A DNA stretch of 64,000 bases from the NCBI GenBank assembly GCA_039630545.1, contig JBCNUU010000002.1, forward strand, positions 127,994 to 191,993, in the 5' to 3' direction. The translations under genes and the position numbers were made by a program. The notes below the pieces were generated by a model, which made no database searches, was not told the DNA's origin, and was given only the letters and a program-made list of their open reading frames with translations. Source of the stretch: Endomicrobiia bacterium (GTDB lineage: Bacteria; Elusimicrobiota; Endomicrobiia; DTEH01). This document shows, piece after piece, positions 27,998 through 38,318 of this stretch (the first letter of the stretch is position 1; each line of letters begins with the position of its first letter).

Positions 27998-28732
27998 ATG
28001 ATTAAGGTTTTAAAATATAAATTTGCATCAAAGAAGCAGCATATATACATATCCTGTGTTATATTTGCTAATATGAAAACGGAGACAATATTAAAGATTT
28101 CCTGTATAGCATCTTTTGATCCACTTATATATGAAATGGATCTTTCAGAAGAATATAAAAAAATAGAAAATATGATTAATAAATATAAATTGGAATCAAA
28201 AAGTTGTTTTGATATTACAAAAAAAGTTTATGTTCAATTATATAAAAACGAAGAAGAAGTTATAAGAAGTATATGTAAGGAAAAAATAAATGTTATTGAT
28301 GATATTCTTATTAATATATTAGACATTAAAGAAAAAGAGAATGTAAAGTCTTCTTTTAAAATAGAAAAATTAAAATTTGAAAAAAATTTTAAAAATAACA
28401 TCTCAAGTAATTCAAAATTTGAAGAGATCATAGACGGAGGAATTGATAAATTTTTTATTAAAACTAAACCTGTGATAGAGGAAAAAAAGGGTATAAGTGT
28501 AGAAAAAATTAAACCTAAAAATGAGATATTATGTGAAGTTGTTGATAAAAGGGAGATAGTAAAATATATAATGCAGACATTGTTTTCAAAAGAATTAAGG
28601 TTTTTATATAGCAAAGTCACTGAAGTTAATTTTAAAAACAAAAATTGTTGTGAAATTATATGTAATATCACTCCGGTGATATTTACGAAATTTATTGTTG
28701 ATAAAAAACAAAAATTAATTGTAAAAAAATAA
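27998..28732 (+). CDS. Hypothetical protein; C-terminus reminiscent of DUF4899-like proteins
   Basis: Long ORF packed between xerC and the next gene. The resemblance of KPVIEEKKGISVEKIKPKNEILCEVVDKREI is from memory only. Confidence 0.6.
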   Translation: MIKVLKYKFASKKQHIYISCVIFANMKTETILKISCIASFDPLIYEMDLSEEYKKIENMINKYKLESKSCFDITKKVYVQLYKNEEEVIRSICKEKINVIDDILINILDIKEKENVKSSFKIEKLKFEKNFKNNISSNSKFEEIIDGGIDKFFIKTKPVIEEKKGISVEKIKPKNEILCEVVDKREIVKYIMQTLFSKELRFLYSKVTEVNFKNKNCCEIICNITPVIFTKFIVDKKQKLIVKK

Positions 28733-28733
28733 A

Positions 28734-31184
28734 ATGGAAAACGAAGATCTAAAATTAGAATTTACAGATGATTTAGAGAAAGAGATATCTGCTGTAGATA
28801 GGGAGTTATACAGCAAAACAATATCTTTGTTAAGACAAAAGATATCCCAGCAAAAAGAACAACTTTTGAAACTTCATGAGGTGAAAGAAAAAGAAATCCA
28901 AGAGTTGAAAAATAAATTAAAAGCTACAGAGGAAACCCTAAGAAATACTCAGGCGGTTTTAGAAACTCTTCAACAAAATGAAATAGATAGGATAAAAAAA
29001 ACAGCAGAGGAACTAAAAAGACAAAAAGAAAAAGAAATTGAAAGATGGAAAAACATAGAAGAGGAGATTAAAAAATTTAAAGAAATATCTTATTCCTCTG
29101 AATTAAAATTAAAAGAAGAACTTAGAAGGTACGAAGAATTAAAACATCTTCATGAAATGCAGGTTAAAGAATGGGAAATGAGGCTTAAAGAAAAAGAGTT
29201 AGAGATAGAAAAATATAAAGAAGAAATAAGCAAGAAAGATGAGGAGATAGTAAAAATTAATTCAGAATATAAGGAAAAACTAAGAAATTTGGAATCAGAG
29301 TTAGAAAAATCTCAACAAAAAGTTGATATCATAAGAAAAGAGTATGAAGATAAAATTAAAGAACTGCAAGATTTTATATTTAATCTTCAAGAAACTTTAA
29401 ATAAAACATCCTTAGAAGTAGAAAGATATAAAATTGAGACAGAAAAATTAAAAGAAGATTTACAGCAAAAAAATATACAAAATGAACGTCTTGAAATTTC
29501 TTTAAAACATAAAGAAGAAGAGTTAGAAGAAAAAATTAAACAATATGAAGAGAAGATAAAACTATTACAGAAAGATATAGATGCCAAAAATGCTAATTTT
29601 GAAAATGAAAAAAGAATATTACAGCAAAATTATGAAACTGAAATTGAAAAACTAAGAAGTATTATTGATGAAACTAATAAAAGATATACCAATTTGTTAG
29701 ATACTTATAATTCTTTAGAAAAAAAATATCTTGAAAAAGAACAAAGTATTCAAGTATTGGAAAATAAACTTAATAGTTTTGAAACTTTAAAATCTCAAGA
29801 ATTTAAACAGTTAAATGATGAAATTACTTTACTTAACCAGAAAAACGAAAAGTTAATTCTTGAGATTAATCAAAAAATTCATCAATATGAAGAAGAGCAT
29901 AAATTAAGGACATTATTGGAACAAAGACTAGAACAGATCCAGAAAGAAAAAAATAACGAAGTTGAAAAATTAACAAACGAGGTTTTAAGTTGGAGAAATG
30001 CGTTTGAGGAAGAACAAAAGCGAAATGAGCAAAGACTTAAAAGCTTATTAGAAAGGTATGAAAATATAATTCTTTCAAGAAATCAAGAAATAGAGAAACT
30101 CCAAAAAGAATTAAATGATATAGAAAATGAATACAACGAATTAAGAAAAATTTATCAAGAAACAAAAATAGAAAATCAACATCTAAATTCTACAGTTAAT
30201 TTTTTAGAAAAAAAAATTGAAGAATTGACTCAACAACTTCAAACGCAGCATGAGAAATTTGCAGAAATTCTTACCTCTGAAAGAATAAATTGGGAAGAGA
30301 GAGTTAAAAAATATACTGAAGAAATTGAAAATGTTAAAAAAGAATATGAAGAAAAATTAAAAAATATGAAATCAACAGAAAATGAATTAATTGACAAATT
30401 ACAGCAGTTTGAATCAGAATATAAAAAAATAAAATTATCTAATGAGGATCTAATAAAAAAGATAGAAGAACTTTCGTCTGACAATTATAGATTACAAAAT
30501 GCATTACAGGATAAAGAAAATGAATTTGTAAAAAAAATAAATGAGCAGAGAGAACATTATGAAAATTTAATACTGCAAATAAAAGAGGAATTAGAAAAAA
30601 CAAGGAAAGACTACTCTGATTTACAATTTAGAAAAAGTGAAGAAATAGCTTCCTTAGTAAACGAATATAATTACAAGATAAAACAGATAGAAGAAAATTT
30701 CAAAAATCAATTAGAAAGTTTTAATAAAGAAAAAGTTGAATTAATTGAAAAAACAAAGTTATTATCTGAAGAAATTGATAAATTAAAAAGTGAAAAAAAT
30801 GTTTTAGAGATGTTAAATGAAGAATATAAAAATAAAATAGAAAGTCAAAAAAAGAAATATGAAGATGAAATAGAAAAACTTAACATTTTAATAGATGAGG
30901 AGCGCAAAAAGAAGTTAATAGAAATTGCACAGATCACCTCAAGAAATGAGCAGCAGTTAAATGAATTAAGAAAACTTCTTTTAGTAGAACGGAATAACTA
31001 TGAAGCCAGAATTAAAGAATTATTTAATCATGAAAAAGAATTAAGAGAAAAATATGAAGAAGAAATTAAAAATTTATATCGTGAAATTAACCTTTTAAAA
31101 AATACAATCACAAAACTGGAACAAATTAAAGATAACCTACAACAGAAGCTAAATAACTTACAGAAGGGAACTGACTCACATTAA
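28734..31184 (+). CDS. Long coiled-coil protein with no globular head
   Basis: 816 aa dominated by E/K/Q/L heptads; Pro/Gly almost absent; no Walker A or TM segment. Confidence 0.85.
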   Translation: MENEDLKLEFTDDLEKEISAVDRELYSKTISLLRQKISQQKEQLLKLHEVKEKEIQELKNKLKATEETLRNTQAVLETLQQNEIDRIKKTAEELKRQKEKEIERWKNIEEEIKKFKEISYSSELKLKEELRRYEELKHLHEMQVKEWEMRLKEKELEIEKYKEEISKKDEEIVKINSEYKEKLRNLESELEKSQQKVDIIRKEYEDKIKELQDFIFNLQETLNKTSLEVERYKIETEKLKEDLQQKNIQNERLEISLKHKEEELEEKIKQYEEKIKLLQKDIDAKNANFENEKRILQQNYETEIEKLRSIIDETNKRYTNLLDTYNSLEKKYLEKEQSIQVLENKLNSFETLKSQEFKQLNDEITLLNQKNEKLILEINQKIHQYEEEHKLRTLLEQRLEQIQKEKNNEVEKLTNEVLSWRNAFEEEQKRNEQRLKSLLERYENIILSRNQEIEKLQKELNDIENEYNELRKIYQETKIENQHLNSTVNFLEKKIEELTQQLQTQHEKFAEILTSERINWEERVKKYTEEIENVKKEYEEKLKNMKSTENELIDKLQQFESEYKKIKLSNEDLIKKIEELSSDNYRLQNALQDKENEFVKKINEQREHYENLILQIKEELEKTRKDYSDLQFRKSEEIASLVNEYNYKIKQIEENFKNQLESFNKEKVELIEKTKLLSEEIDKLKSEKNVLEMLNEEYKNKIESQKKKYEDEIEKLNILIDEERKKKLIEIAQITSRNEQQLNELRKLLLVERNNYEARIKELFNHEKELREKYEEEIKNLYREINLLKNTITKLEQIKDNLQQKLNNLQKGTDSH

Positions 31185-33908
31185 ATGAATAAATCTTCTG
31201 GCAAAATTTATATAATAGACGGGAATGCATATATTCATAGAGCCTATCATGCTTTACCTAAAAATTTAACCACAACTTCTGGCTTACCTGTTAATGCTGT
31301 ATTTGGATTTATTAGAATGATTTTTAAAATTTTGAAGACATATAAACCTGAATATCTATGTATATGTCTGGACTCTGATAAACCTACATTCAGACATAAA
31401 ATCTTTAAAGAATATAAAGCTACTAGAAAAGAGTTAGAAGAAGACATAAAAGTCCAATTTCCTTTAGTGTATGAATTTGTAAAAAATAGCGGATTTCCAT
31501 ATATTGTAATAGATGGCTATGAAGCCGATGATTTGATAAGCTTTATTGTAAGAAAATTTAAAAAAGATTATGATATAGTAATTATAAGCGGAGATAAAGA
31601 CATTCTTCAGCTTGTGGATGGGAAAAATGTAGTAGTATATAACGAACACAAGAATATATTTTATGATGAAAATGAAGTTATAAAAAAATATCAAGTACCT
31701 CCAGAGTTGTTGGTTGATTATTTTTCTTTGATTGGTGATAAAACTGATAATATTGTGGGAGTAGATGGTATAGGACCTAAAACTGCTTCTTTGTTGATAA
31801 ATAAATACGGAGATCTTGAAAAAATATTTATTAATATTGACAAATTAGAACCAAAATTAAAACAAAAACTTACAGAAAAAAGAGAGCAACTTTACAGAAA
31901 TAAGGAACTATTGAAATTAACATCAAGTATAGAAGAATTAGAAAATATTCAGGTTGAAAATTTCAAAATTTCCAATATTAAAATAGATAGAATAAAGGAA
32001 TTTATTTTAAAATACGAAATGCGTTCCCTTTTAGAAGAATTGAAAAAAATAAAACTTTTTATAGAAAATAGCAATTATTCTTTGTTTCAGTTTTCAAAAC
32101 AAAATGAAAGTAGTTTAAAAGAAAAAAAAGCGATATGTGTGAATGACGAAAAAAAATTTACAGGATTAATAAAAGACATTGAAAATTCAAAAATTATAAA
32201 TTTTAGTTTTATTTATACTAAAAAAAATATTATTGGGTTAATTTTAAAAGTTGACTTGTTTTACTACTACATTCCTTTTATAAAACAAAAAAACCTTAAA
32301 GGAGAAACAATAGATCCCTTGTCTGAAAAATGTTTTTTTCAAATTGTAGATTTTTTATTTTTTGAAACAAATAAACTTAAAATTTCTTTTAATATAAAAG
32401 CGCAACTCAAACTATTAAATGTTTCGTTAAAAAAATTAGATAATAATATTTTTGATATTTTGTTGTTGTCTTATTTGTTGAATCCTGATAGAAAATACAA
32501 AACTTTACAGGAAATAGTAGATTATTTTTTAACATCAAAACCTGTTGCAGAGTTTATGTTGCCTGATAATATTGATGTATTTTCTTTTCCTCAGGACACT
32601 TTTGCTGATAGATTTATAGATTCTCTGGATGTGTTAAATTTGTTATTTGAAAGATTAAAAGAAAAATTAACTGAATATGATTTATATAAAGTATATGAAA
32701 ATATAGATTTACCATTAAATATTCCCTTAATAAAAATGGAAAAAAATGGAATATTGTTAGATAAAGTGTACACCGAAAAATTTAAATCAGAAATAGAAGA
32801 AAAAATAAAAGAAACAAAAAGTAGAATTTATGAATTAGCTGGATTAGAATTTAACATAAACTCTCCAAAGCAACTGGCCTTTGTGTTATTTGAAAAATTG
32901 AGGTTACCTCCGATTAAAAGAAAAAAAACAGGATATTCTACCGATGAAGAGGTATTACGAAAATTATCTAATGTTCATCCTATAATTTCTTCTATTTTAC
33001 AATACAGAGAACTAGAAAAACTAAAAAACACCTATATTAATCCATTTATACAACATATTAATCCTTCTACACAACGGATCCATACAGTTTTTAATATTAC
33101 AGGGACTGCTACAGGGAGATTGTCCTCAGAAGAGCCTAATATGCAGAATCTGCCTATAAAAACAGAGTTAGGAAGAAAAATAAGACAGATGTTTGTAGCT
33201 CAAGAAAATTTCATGTTTGTTTCATTAGACTATTCTCAAATAGAGCTTAGAATTCTGGCACATTTTTCTAAAGATAAAAATTTAATAACAGCGTTCTTTG
33301 AAAATAAAGACATTCATAAATCTACTGCCTGTGAAATTTTTGGATTTGAAGAAAAAAATATAGATGAGAATCTACGCAGGATTGCAAAAGTTATAAATTT
33401 TGGAATAATATATGGGATTACTCCACAGGGATTGGGGAATGAATTGAACATTCCATCACAGATAGCAGAAGATTATATAAAAAAGTATTTTGAAAAATAT
33501 GTCCAGGTAAAACAATGGATAACAGATACAATAAATTCAGTTAAACATTACGGATATGTTAAAACTTTATTTGGCAGAATACGATTTATACCTGAGATAA
33601 ACTCTCCCAACAGACAACTTGCAGCATTTGGAGAACGTCTTGCTATTAATACTCCGATCCAGGGTACAGCAGCAGATATAATAAAATTGGCAATGATAAA
33701 AATTGATGATGTGATACAGGAAAGAAAATTAGAAGATAAAGTAAAGATGTTACTTCAAATTCATGATGAACTTCTATTTGAGATTCATGAGAGATATCTT
33801 GATGAAGTGGTACCAATCATTAAAAATATTATGGAAAACATAGTAAAGCTTGAAGTACCGTTAGTAGTGGATGTTACTATTTCCAAAAGATGGGGACAAG
33901 ACAATTAA
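31185..33908 (+). CDS. polA: DNA polymerase I
   Basis: 5'-nuclease motifs IDGNAYIHRAYHA and YEADD; polymerase motifs DYSQIELRILAH, AKVINFGIIYG and QIHDELLFE. Confidence 0.98.
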   Translation: MNKSSGKIYIIDGNAYIHRAYHALPKNLTTTSGLPVNAVFGFIRMIFKILKTYKPEYLCICLDSDKPTFRHKIFKEYKATRKELEEDIKVQFPLVYEFVKNSGFPYIVIDGYEADDLISFIVRKFKKDYDIVIISGDKDILQLVDGKNVVVYNEHKNIFYDENEVIKKYQVPPELLVDYFSLIGDKTDNIVGVDGIGPKTASLLINKYGDLEKIFINIDKLEPKLKQKLTEKREQLYRNKELLKLTSSIEELENIQVENFKISNIKIDRIKEFILKYEMRSLLEELKKIKLFIENSNYSLFQFSKQNESSLKEKKAICVNDEKKFTGLIKDIENSKIINFSFIYTKKNIIGLILKVDLFYYYIPFIKQKNLKGETIDPLSEKCFFQIVDFLFFETNKLKISFNIKAQLKLLNVSLKKLDNNIFDILLLSYLLNPDRKYKTLQEIVDYFLTSKPVAEFMLPDNIDVFSFPQDTFADRFIDSLDVLNLLFERLKEKLTEYDLYKVYENIDLPLNIPLIKMEKNGILLDKVYTEKFKSEIEEKIKETKSRIYELAGLEFNINSPKQLAFVLFEKLRLPPIKRKKTGYSTDEEVLRKLSNVHPIISSILQYRELEKLKNTYINPFIQHINPSTQRIHTVFNITGTATGRLSSEEPNMQNLPIKTELGRKIRQMFVAQENFMFVSLDYSQIELRILAHFSKDKNLITAFFENKDIHKSTACEIFGFEEKNIDENLRRIAKVINFGIIYGITPQGLGNELNIPSQIAEDYIKKYFEKYVQVKQWITDTINSVKHYGYVKTLFGRIRFIPEINSPNRQLAAFGERLAINTPIQGTAADIIKLAMIKIDDVIQERKLEDKVKMLLQIHDELLFEIHERYLDEVVPIIKNIMENIVKLEVPLVVDVTISKRWGQDN

Positions 33909-33910
33909 AT

Positions 33911-34495
33911 ATGAAGCTTATAGGAGTAACCGGTTCTATAGCCTCTGGTAAAACAACAGTATCAAAAATTTTTTCAAAGATGGGGTTTCCAGTTATAAAC
34001 TGTGATGAAGTATATAGTTGTCTATTAAAGGAAAATAAAAATTTGAAGTTAAAGTTAATTAAAAAGTTTAGTAAATTTTTTAAGAATAAAAAAATTTCAA
34101 AACATAATCTATATGAACTTCTACTTTATTCTGACAGAAATTTAGCTTTAATAGAAAAAATTACGCATCCATTTATCTTAAAAGAAGTTTTTAAAAGAAT
34201 AAAAAAAATAAAAAGAAGAAAATATAAATTTTGTGTAGTTGATATTCCTTTGTTATTTGAAAAAAAATTGCAAAAAAAATTTGATTATACGCTTGTAGTC
34301 TATTGTTCTAAAAAAACACAATTAGAAAGATTAAAAAGACGAAAAGTTTCTAAAAAATTGTTAAATTTATTGATTGCTAGACAGTTAGATATTAAAGATA
34401 AAGTTTGTCTTGCAAATTTTGTAATTTACAACGACAATGTTTCTAAAATAGAACTTCAAAACCAACTATTTAGGCTAAAAAAATTCTTAACATAA
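33911..34495 (+). CDS. coaE: Dephospho-CoA kinase
   Basis: Motifs IGVTGSIASGKTTVS, ITHP and VDIPLLFE; polA-coaE synteny. Confidence 0.92.
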   Translation: MKLIGVTGSIASGKTTVSKIFSKMGFPVINCDEVYSCLLKENKNLKLKLIKKFSKFFKNKKISKHNLYELLLYSDRNLALIEKITHPFILKEVFKRIKKIKRRKYKFCVVDIPLLFEKKLQKKFDYTLVVYCSKKTQLERLKRRKVSKKLLNLLIARQLDIKDKVCLANFVIYNDNVSKIELQNQLFRLKKFLT

Positions 34496-34497
34496 TA

Positions 34498-34526
34498 TTG
34501 ACAGGAATTTTTTAGTTTTATATTTT
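34498..34526 (+). promoter_or_regulatory. Candidate sigma70 promoter of the B12 operon
   Basis: Perfect TTGACA, 17-nt spacer, then TATTTT, about 11 nt before the riboswitch P1 stem. Confidence 0.6.
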
Positions 34527-34537
34527 TTACTTGACCA

Positions 34538-34661
34538 CACTAGTGGGGGAAATGCCAGTGAGATTCTGGCTGCTGCCCACGCAACGGTAATCTCTATTCT
34601 TTTTATAGAATAGAGGAGCCCGGTCTATCACTAGTGAAAGGTAAGTACCTACGGGGGTAGG
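34538..34661 (+). ncRNA. Cobalamin riboswitch, compact (class II-like)
   Basis: Closing stem CACTAGTG/CACTAGTG, GGGAA, P4 GCCAG-TGAGATT-CTGGC, P5 TGC-CCAC-GCA, ACGGTAA, short P6 hairpin, GAGCCCGG, and P13 CCTAC-GGGG-GTAGG. Lies upstream of B12 genes. Confidence 0.9.
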
Positions 34662-34726
34662 GAAAAAAGTAAAAAGTTACTTTTTTTCTTACCTTCCTAA
34701 AGTACTTGCCTTTCTAAAAAATATTA

Positions 34727-35524
34727 ATGAAAAATTTATATTTACTTGTATTCACATATTCGCTTTTGCTTTCTTCTACAAATTATAAAATTATATCTCT
34801 TACTCCATCTATTACAGAAACTTTATATCTGTTAGGAGAAACTAAAAATGTAGTTGGTATCACATCTTTCTGCAAGCGAATCTCAAAGGAGCAAAGAATA
34901 GTAGGTACATATATTGAACCTAATATAGAAGAAATTATTAAAATTAACCCCGATATAGTGTTTATTTCAAAAGAAGGAACTAAAAAGGAAACAGTAGAAA
35001 AATTAAAAAAGTTTAATATCAATGTAGTTATATTTGAGCCAGTAAATAATTACAAAGAAATAAAATATCAGTTTCTGTATATTTCTAAGATTTTAAAAAA
35101 AGAAAAAACTGCCAAGGATATTTTAAGAAAATACGAAGCAAGTTTTAGACAAAAAACAAAAAAATATACTGGAAAGAAAATTTTGTGTATATTAAGTTTA
35201 AATCCTTTAATTGTAGCTTCTGATAAGAGCTATATAGGAGATATAATAAAAAATAGCGGAGGAATAAATCCTGTAATTTCTCAAATAAAATATCCTTCTA
35301 TTAGTTTAGAAGAACTATTAAAAATAAATCCTGAGATAATTATCATACCAGAGATGGGAATTAATAAGAAAGAAATCGAAAGATTTTTTATTAGATTTAA
35401 AAATTTAAACGCAGCAAAAAATAATAGAATTTATGTTTTACCTTCAGATGTTTTGTGTCAGCCAAATGTTAAAAATTATTTTCTTTCTGTACAAAAAATT
35501 TCAAAGATTCTTGAAGAAAAATGA
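34727..35524 (+). CDS. btuF: Cobalamin ABC transporter substrate-binding protein
   Basis: Motifs IISLTPSITETLYLLG, PNIEEII and AAKNNRIY; helical-backbone fold; riboswitch context. Confidence 0.85.
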   Translation: MKNLYLLVFTYSLLLSSTNYKIISLTPSITETLYLLGETKNVVGITSFCKRISKEQRIVGTYIEPNIEEIIKINPDIVFISKEGTKKETVEKLKKFNINVVIFEPVNNYKEIKYQFLYISKILKKEKTAKDILRKYEASFRQKTKKYTGKKILCILSLNPLIVASDKSYIGDIIKNSGGINPVISQIKYPSISLEELLKINPEIIIIPEMGINKKEIERFFIRFKNLNAAKNNRIYVLPSDVLCQPNVKNYFLSVQKISKILEEK

Positions 35525-36504
35525 AGAAATTTTTGTGGATCTATGTGATTTGCTTACTTTTTATTTTAAATATAGCCTTTTCATTGTTCTATAACTTAGA
35601 TCTTAATCTTTTGATAACTAATATTATCAATAAAAATTTTACTACGACTGAGTTTAAAATATTGACTCAAATAAGAATCCCCAGAGTTTTTGCTTCGTTT
35701 TTTGTAGGAGCAGCTTTAGCCATTACAGGATGTGTGCTTCAAAGTGTATTTTTAAATCCTTTATGCGAAGGATATACTTTAGGAATAGCTTCTTGCGCTG
35801 GGTTAGGTGTGATTGTTGGTAATATTTTAAATTTGCCTTTAAATAAATTTTTTAATTCTTTATTAGGAGTAATTTTTTCTTTAGGTGTTGTGTTTTTACT
35901 TGTTTTACTTTTTAAAAAGACAGTGGATATAAGTTTTATCCTTGCAGGAATTGTATTAAATTTTTTCTTTTCAGGAGTTATTATTCTTTTGACATTATTT
36001 TTTGATCCTTATGAAATTCATTATGTGCTTTTATGGTTATTAGGTGGTTTTTCTTCTGTGGATGCACATTATGTTTATATTTCATGTATTGTGATTGTGA
36101 TATGTATTGTAATCTTGATAAACATGGGTGATAAGTTTGATGTAATGATATTAGGAAAAGAAAAAGCAATTTCGTTAGGGATAAAGGAGCGAATAATTAA
36201 AAATATATCTATTCTTATTTGTGTAATAATTTTGTCTTTGTGTGTGTCATTATCAGGAATAATTTCGTTTGTTGGGGTTATTGTTCCTAATGTAGTTAAA
36301 ATGTTTACAGGTTTAAAACATAAAAATTGGTTTTTTATGTCATTAATTTTTGGGGGCTTTTTTGTCTCTCTTTGTGACAATTTAGCCAAAAATCTGCTTT
36401 ATCCTTTAGAGATACCTATAAGCGTGTTTACAGGAATAATAGGTAGTATTTTCTTTTTAGTTTTTATACTAAAAGGTAACCTGTATGGTAATATTAAAAG
36501 TTGA
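35521..36504 (+). CDS. btuC: Cobalamin ABC transporter permease (FecCD/BtuC)
   Basis: Motifs IRIPRV, LQSVFLNPL, WLLGG, AISLG and GIISFVGVIVP. Confidence 0.85.
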   Translation: MKKFLWIYVICLLFILNIAFSLFYNLDLNLLITNIINKNFTTTEFKILTQIRIPRVFASFFVGAALAITGCVLQSVFLNPLCEGYTLGIASCAGLGVIVGNILNLPLNKFFNSLLGVIFSLGVVFLLVLLFKKTVDISFILAGIVLNFFFSGVIILLTLFFDPYEIHYVLLWLLGGFSSVDAHYVYISCIVIVICIVILINMGDKFDVMILGKEKAISLGIKERIIKNISILICVIILSLCVSLSGIISFVGVIVPNVVKMFTGLKHKNWFFMSLIFGGFFVSLCDNLAKNLLYPLEIPISVFTGIIGSIFFLVFILKGNLYGNIKS

Positions 36505-37255
36505 GGAATTAGTTAGTGGTTATCAGGATATAGATGTAATAAAAAAAATCTCTTTTTCAATTTCTACTGGAGAATTTGTAGGAATAATAGGTCCTAATGC
36601 ATCAGGAAAGTCTACTTTGCTTAAGACAATTGCAGGAGTGGTAAAAATAAAAAGTGGTAGGGTCTTAATTAATGATAAAGATATAATGGATTATCACCAT
36701 AAAGAGTTAGCAAAGACAGTTGGATTAAGTACCAATATTACAGATTACTCTTTAAATTTTAAAGTAAGAGATTTTATACTTCTAGCCAGATATCCATGGA
36801 ATTTTTCAGAGATTAACTATGAAGAGCTCTATGAAGAGTTTGAATTAAAATCAATTTTAAAAAAAACTTTAAAAGAACTTTCTTCAGGAGAACTTCAAAG
36901 GGTGTTAATTGCTCAACTTGTAGCTCAAACACCTCAGATATTCCTTTTAGACGAGCCGGTTTCACATTTAGATGTAGGTCATCAGATAGGTATCTTGGAT
37001 AAATTAAAAAGAATAAATTTAGAAAAAAAAATTACGATTTTGGCTTCTTTCCATGAGTTAAACCTTGCTGTGGAATACTGCGATAGGTTGATATTGCTAT
37101 TTAATGGAGAAATTAGAAAAATAGGAACACCTAAAGAAGTAATGGATTACAGAATATTAGAAGAGGTGTATAATACAAAATTGATAGTAAAAACAAACCC
37201 AATTTCTGAAAAACCATATGTAATTCCTGTACCGATGATGTGGAATAACTTTTAA
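36485..37255 (+). CDS. btuD: Cobalamin ABC transporter ATPase
   Basis: Motifs GPNASGKSTLL, LSSGELQRV and LLDEP. Confidence 0.85.
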   Translation: MVILKVEELVSGYQDIDVIKKISFSISTGEFVGIIGPNASGKSTLLKTIAGVVKIKSGRVLINDKDIMDYHHKELAKTVGLSTNITDYSLNFKVRDFILLARYPWNFSEINYEELYEEFELKSILKKTLKELSSGELQRVLIAQLVAQTPQIFLLDEPVSHLDVGHQIGILDKLKRINLEKKITILASFHELNLAVEYCDRLILLFNGEIRKIGTPKEVMDYRILEEVYNTKLIVKTNPISEKPYVIPVPMMWNNF

Positions 37256-37272
37256 TTTTAAGGAATTAGTTT

Positions 37273-37812
37273 ATGGAAAAAAAATTAACACACCTTTATA
37301 CAGGTGATGGAAAAGGTAAAACCACTGCTTCTTTAGGATTGCTTTTGCGTGCCTTAGGTCATGGATGGAAAGTTTGTTTTGTAACTTTTCAAAAAGATCC
37401 TCAAAAATATGGCTATGGAGAATTCAAAGTTTTAAAAAAATTAAAAAATGTTAAAATATACAATTTTGCAAAAGTATGTCCTTATTTCACTAAAAAATAT
37501 GATATTGAAAAACTAAAACTGGAGATATCTAACTCTGTTAAGTTTATTAAGACTGATATTTTTAGAAAAAATTATGATTTAGTGATAATAGATGAAATTC
37601 TTGTTTGTGTAAGAGAAAAACTGTTAGATCTTAATGATATTAAGGACTTAATTAAAAATAAACCATTATCTACAGAACTCGTATTAACTGGCCAAGCTAA
37701 TAAAACGATTATAGACAAACTTAGAGATTGTGTAGATTATATTTCTTATGTAAAAAAACTGAAACATCCATATGATAAAGGAATTAAAAGAAGAAAAGGT
37801 ATAGAGTACTAA
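37273..37812 (+). CDS. cobO: Cob(I)alamin adenosyltransferase (CobO/BtuR)
   Basis: Motifs YTGDGKGKTTA, IIDEI, ELVLTG and KHPYDKG...GIEY. Confidence 0.93.
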   Translation: MEKKLTHLYTGDGKGKTTASLGLLLRALGHGWKVCFVTFQKDPQKYGYGEFKVLKKLKNVKIYNFAKVCPYFTKKYDIEKLKLEISNSVKFIKTDIFRKNYDLVIIDEILVCVREKLLDLNDIKDLIKNKPLSTELVLTGQANKTIIDKLRDCVDYISYVKKLKHPYDKGIKRRKGIEY

Positions 37813-37814
37813 CT

Positions 37815-38318
37815 ATGAAAAAAAGAATTTTAATTGTTGGTGGAATAAAAAGTGGAAAATCTGAATTTGCTTTGTCTTTTTTTAAGAATAAAAAAGCATA
37901 TTTTATCGCTACTGCACAACCTAAAGATTCTGAAATGAAAAAAAAGATTAATTTTCATAGAAAAAGAAGACCTAAAAACTTTCTAACTATAGAAGAACCT
38001 ATTAAGATAGTAAACAAAATAAAAAATTTTAAGAAAAACTCTGCAATACTTATTGACTGTGTTAATATTTGGATAGCTAATATGTTAAATAAGTATAGTG
38101 AAAATGAGATTTTAACTGAAGTAAAAAGCTTATGTGAGTGCTTAAAAAAATTTAAGTTAACTGTGTTAGTATCCAATGAAGTAGGAATGAGTTTAGTCGC
38201 TGTAAATAGATTGGGAAGAAAATTTCAAGAGTTATTAGGAAAAGTTAATCAGATTTTGTCTGATTGGGCAACTGATGTATATTTTTTAATAACAGGCATT
38301 CCTGTTAAAATAAAATGA
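37815..38318 (+). CDS. cobU: Adenosylcobinamide kinase / cobinamide-phosphate guanylyltransferase
   Basis: Motifs GGIKSGKSEFA, FIATA...D.EM...I..H...RP, LIDC and VSNEVG. Confidence 0.93.
   Translation: MKKRILIVGGIKSGKSEFALSFFKNKKAYFIATAQPKDSEMKKKINFHRKRRPKNFLTIEEPIKIVNKIKNFKKNSAILIDCVNIWIANMLNKYSENEILTEVKSLCECLKKFKLTVLVSNEVGMSLVAVNRLGRKFQELLGKVNQILSDWATDVYFLITGIPVKIK

Noticed and set aside
28734..31184. SMC or SbcC partner for ScpA
   Set aside because: No Walker A/B, signature motif or hinge.
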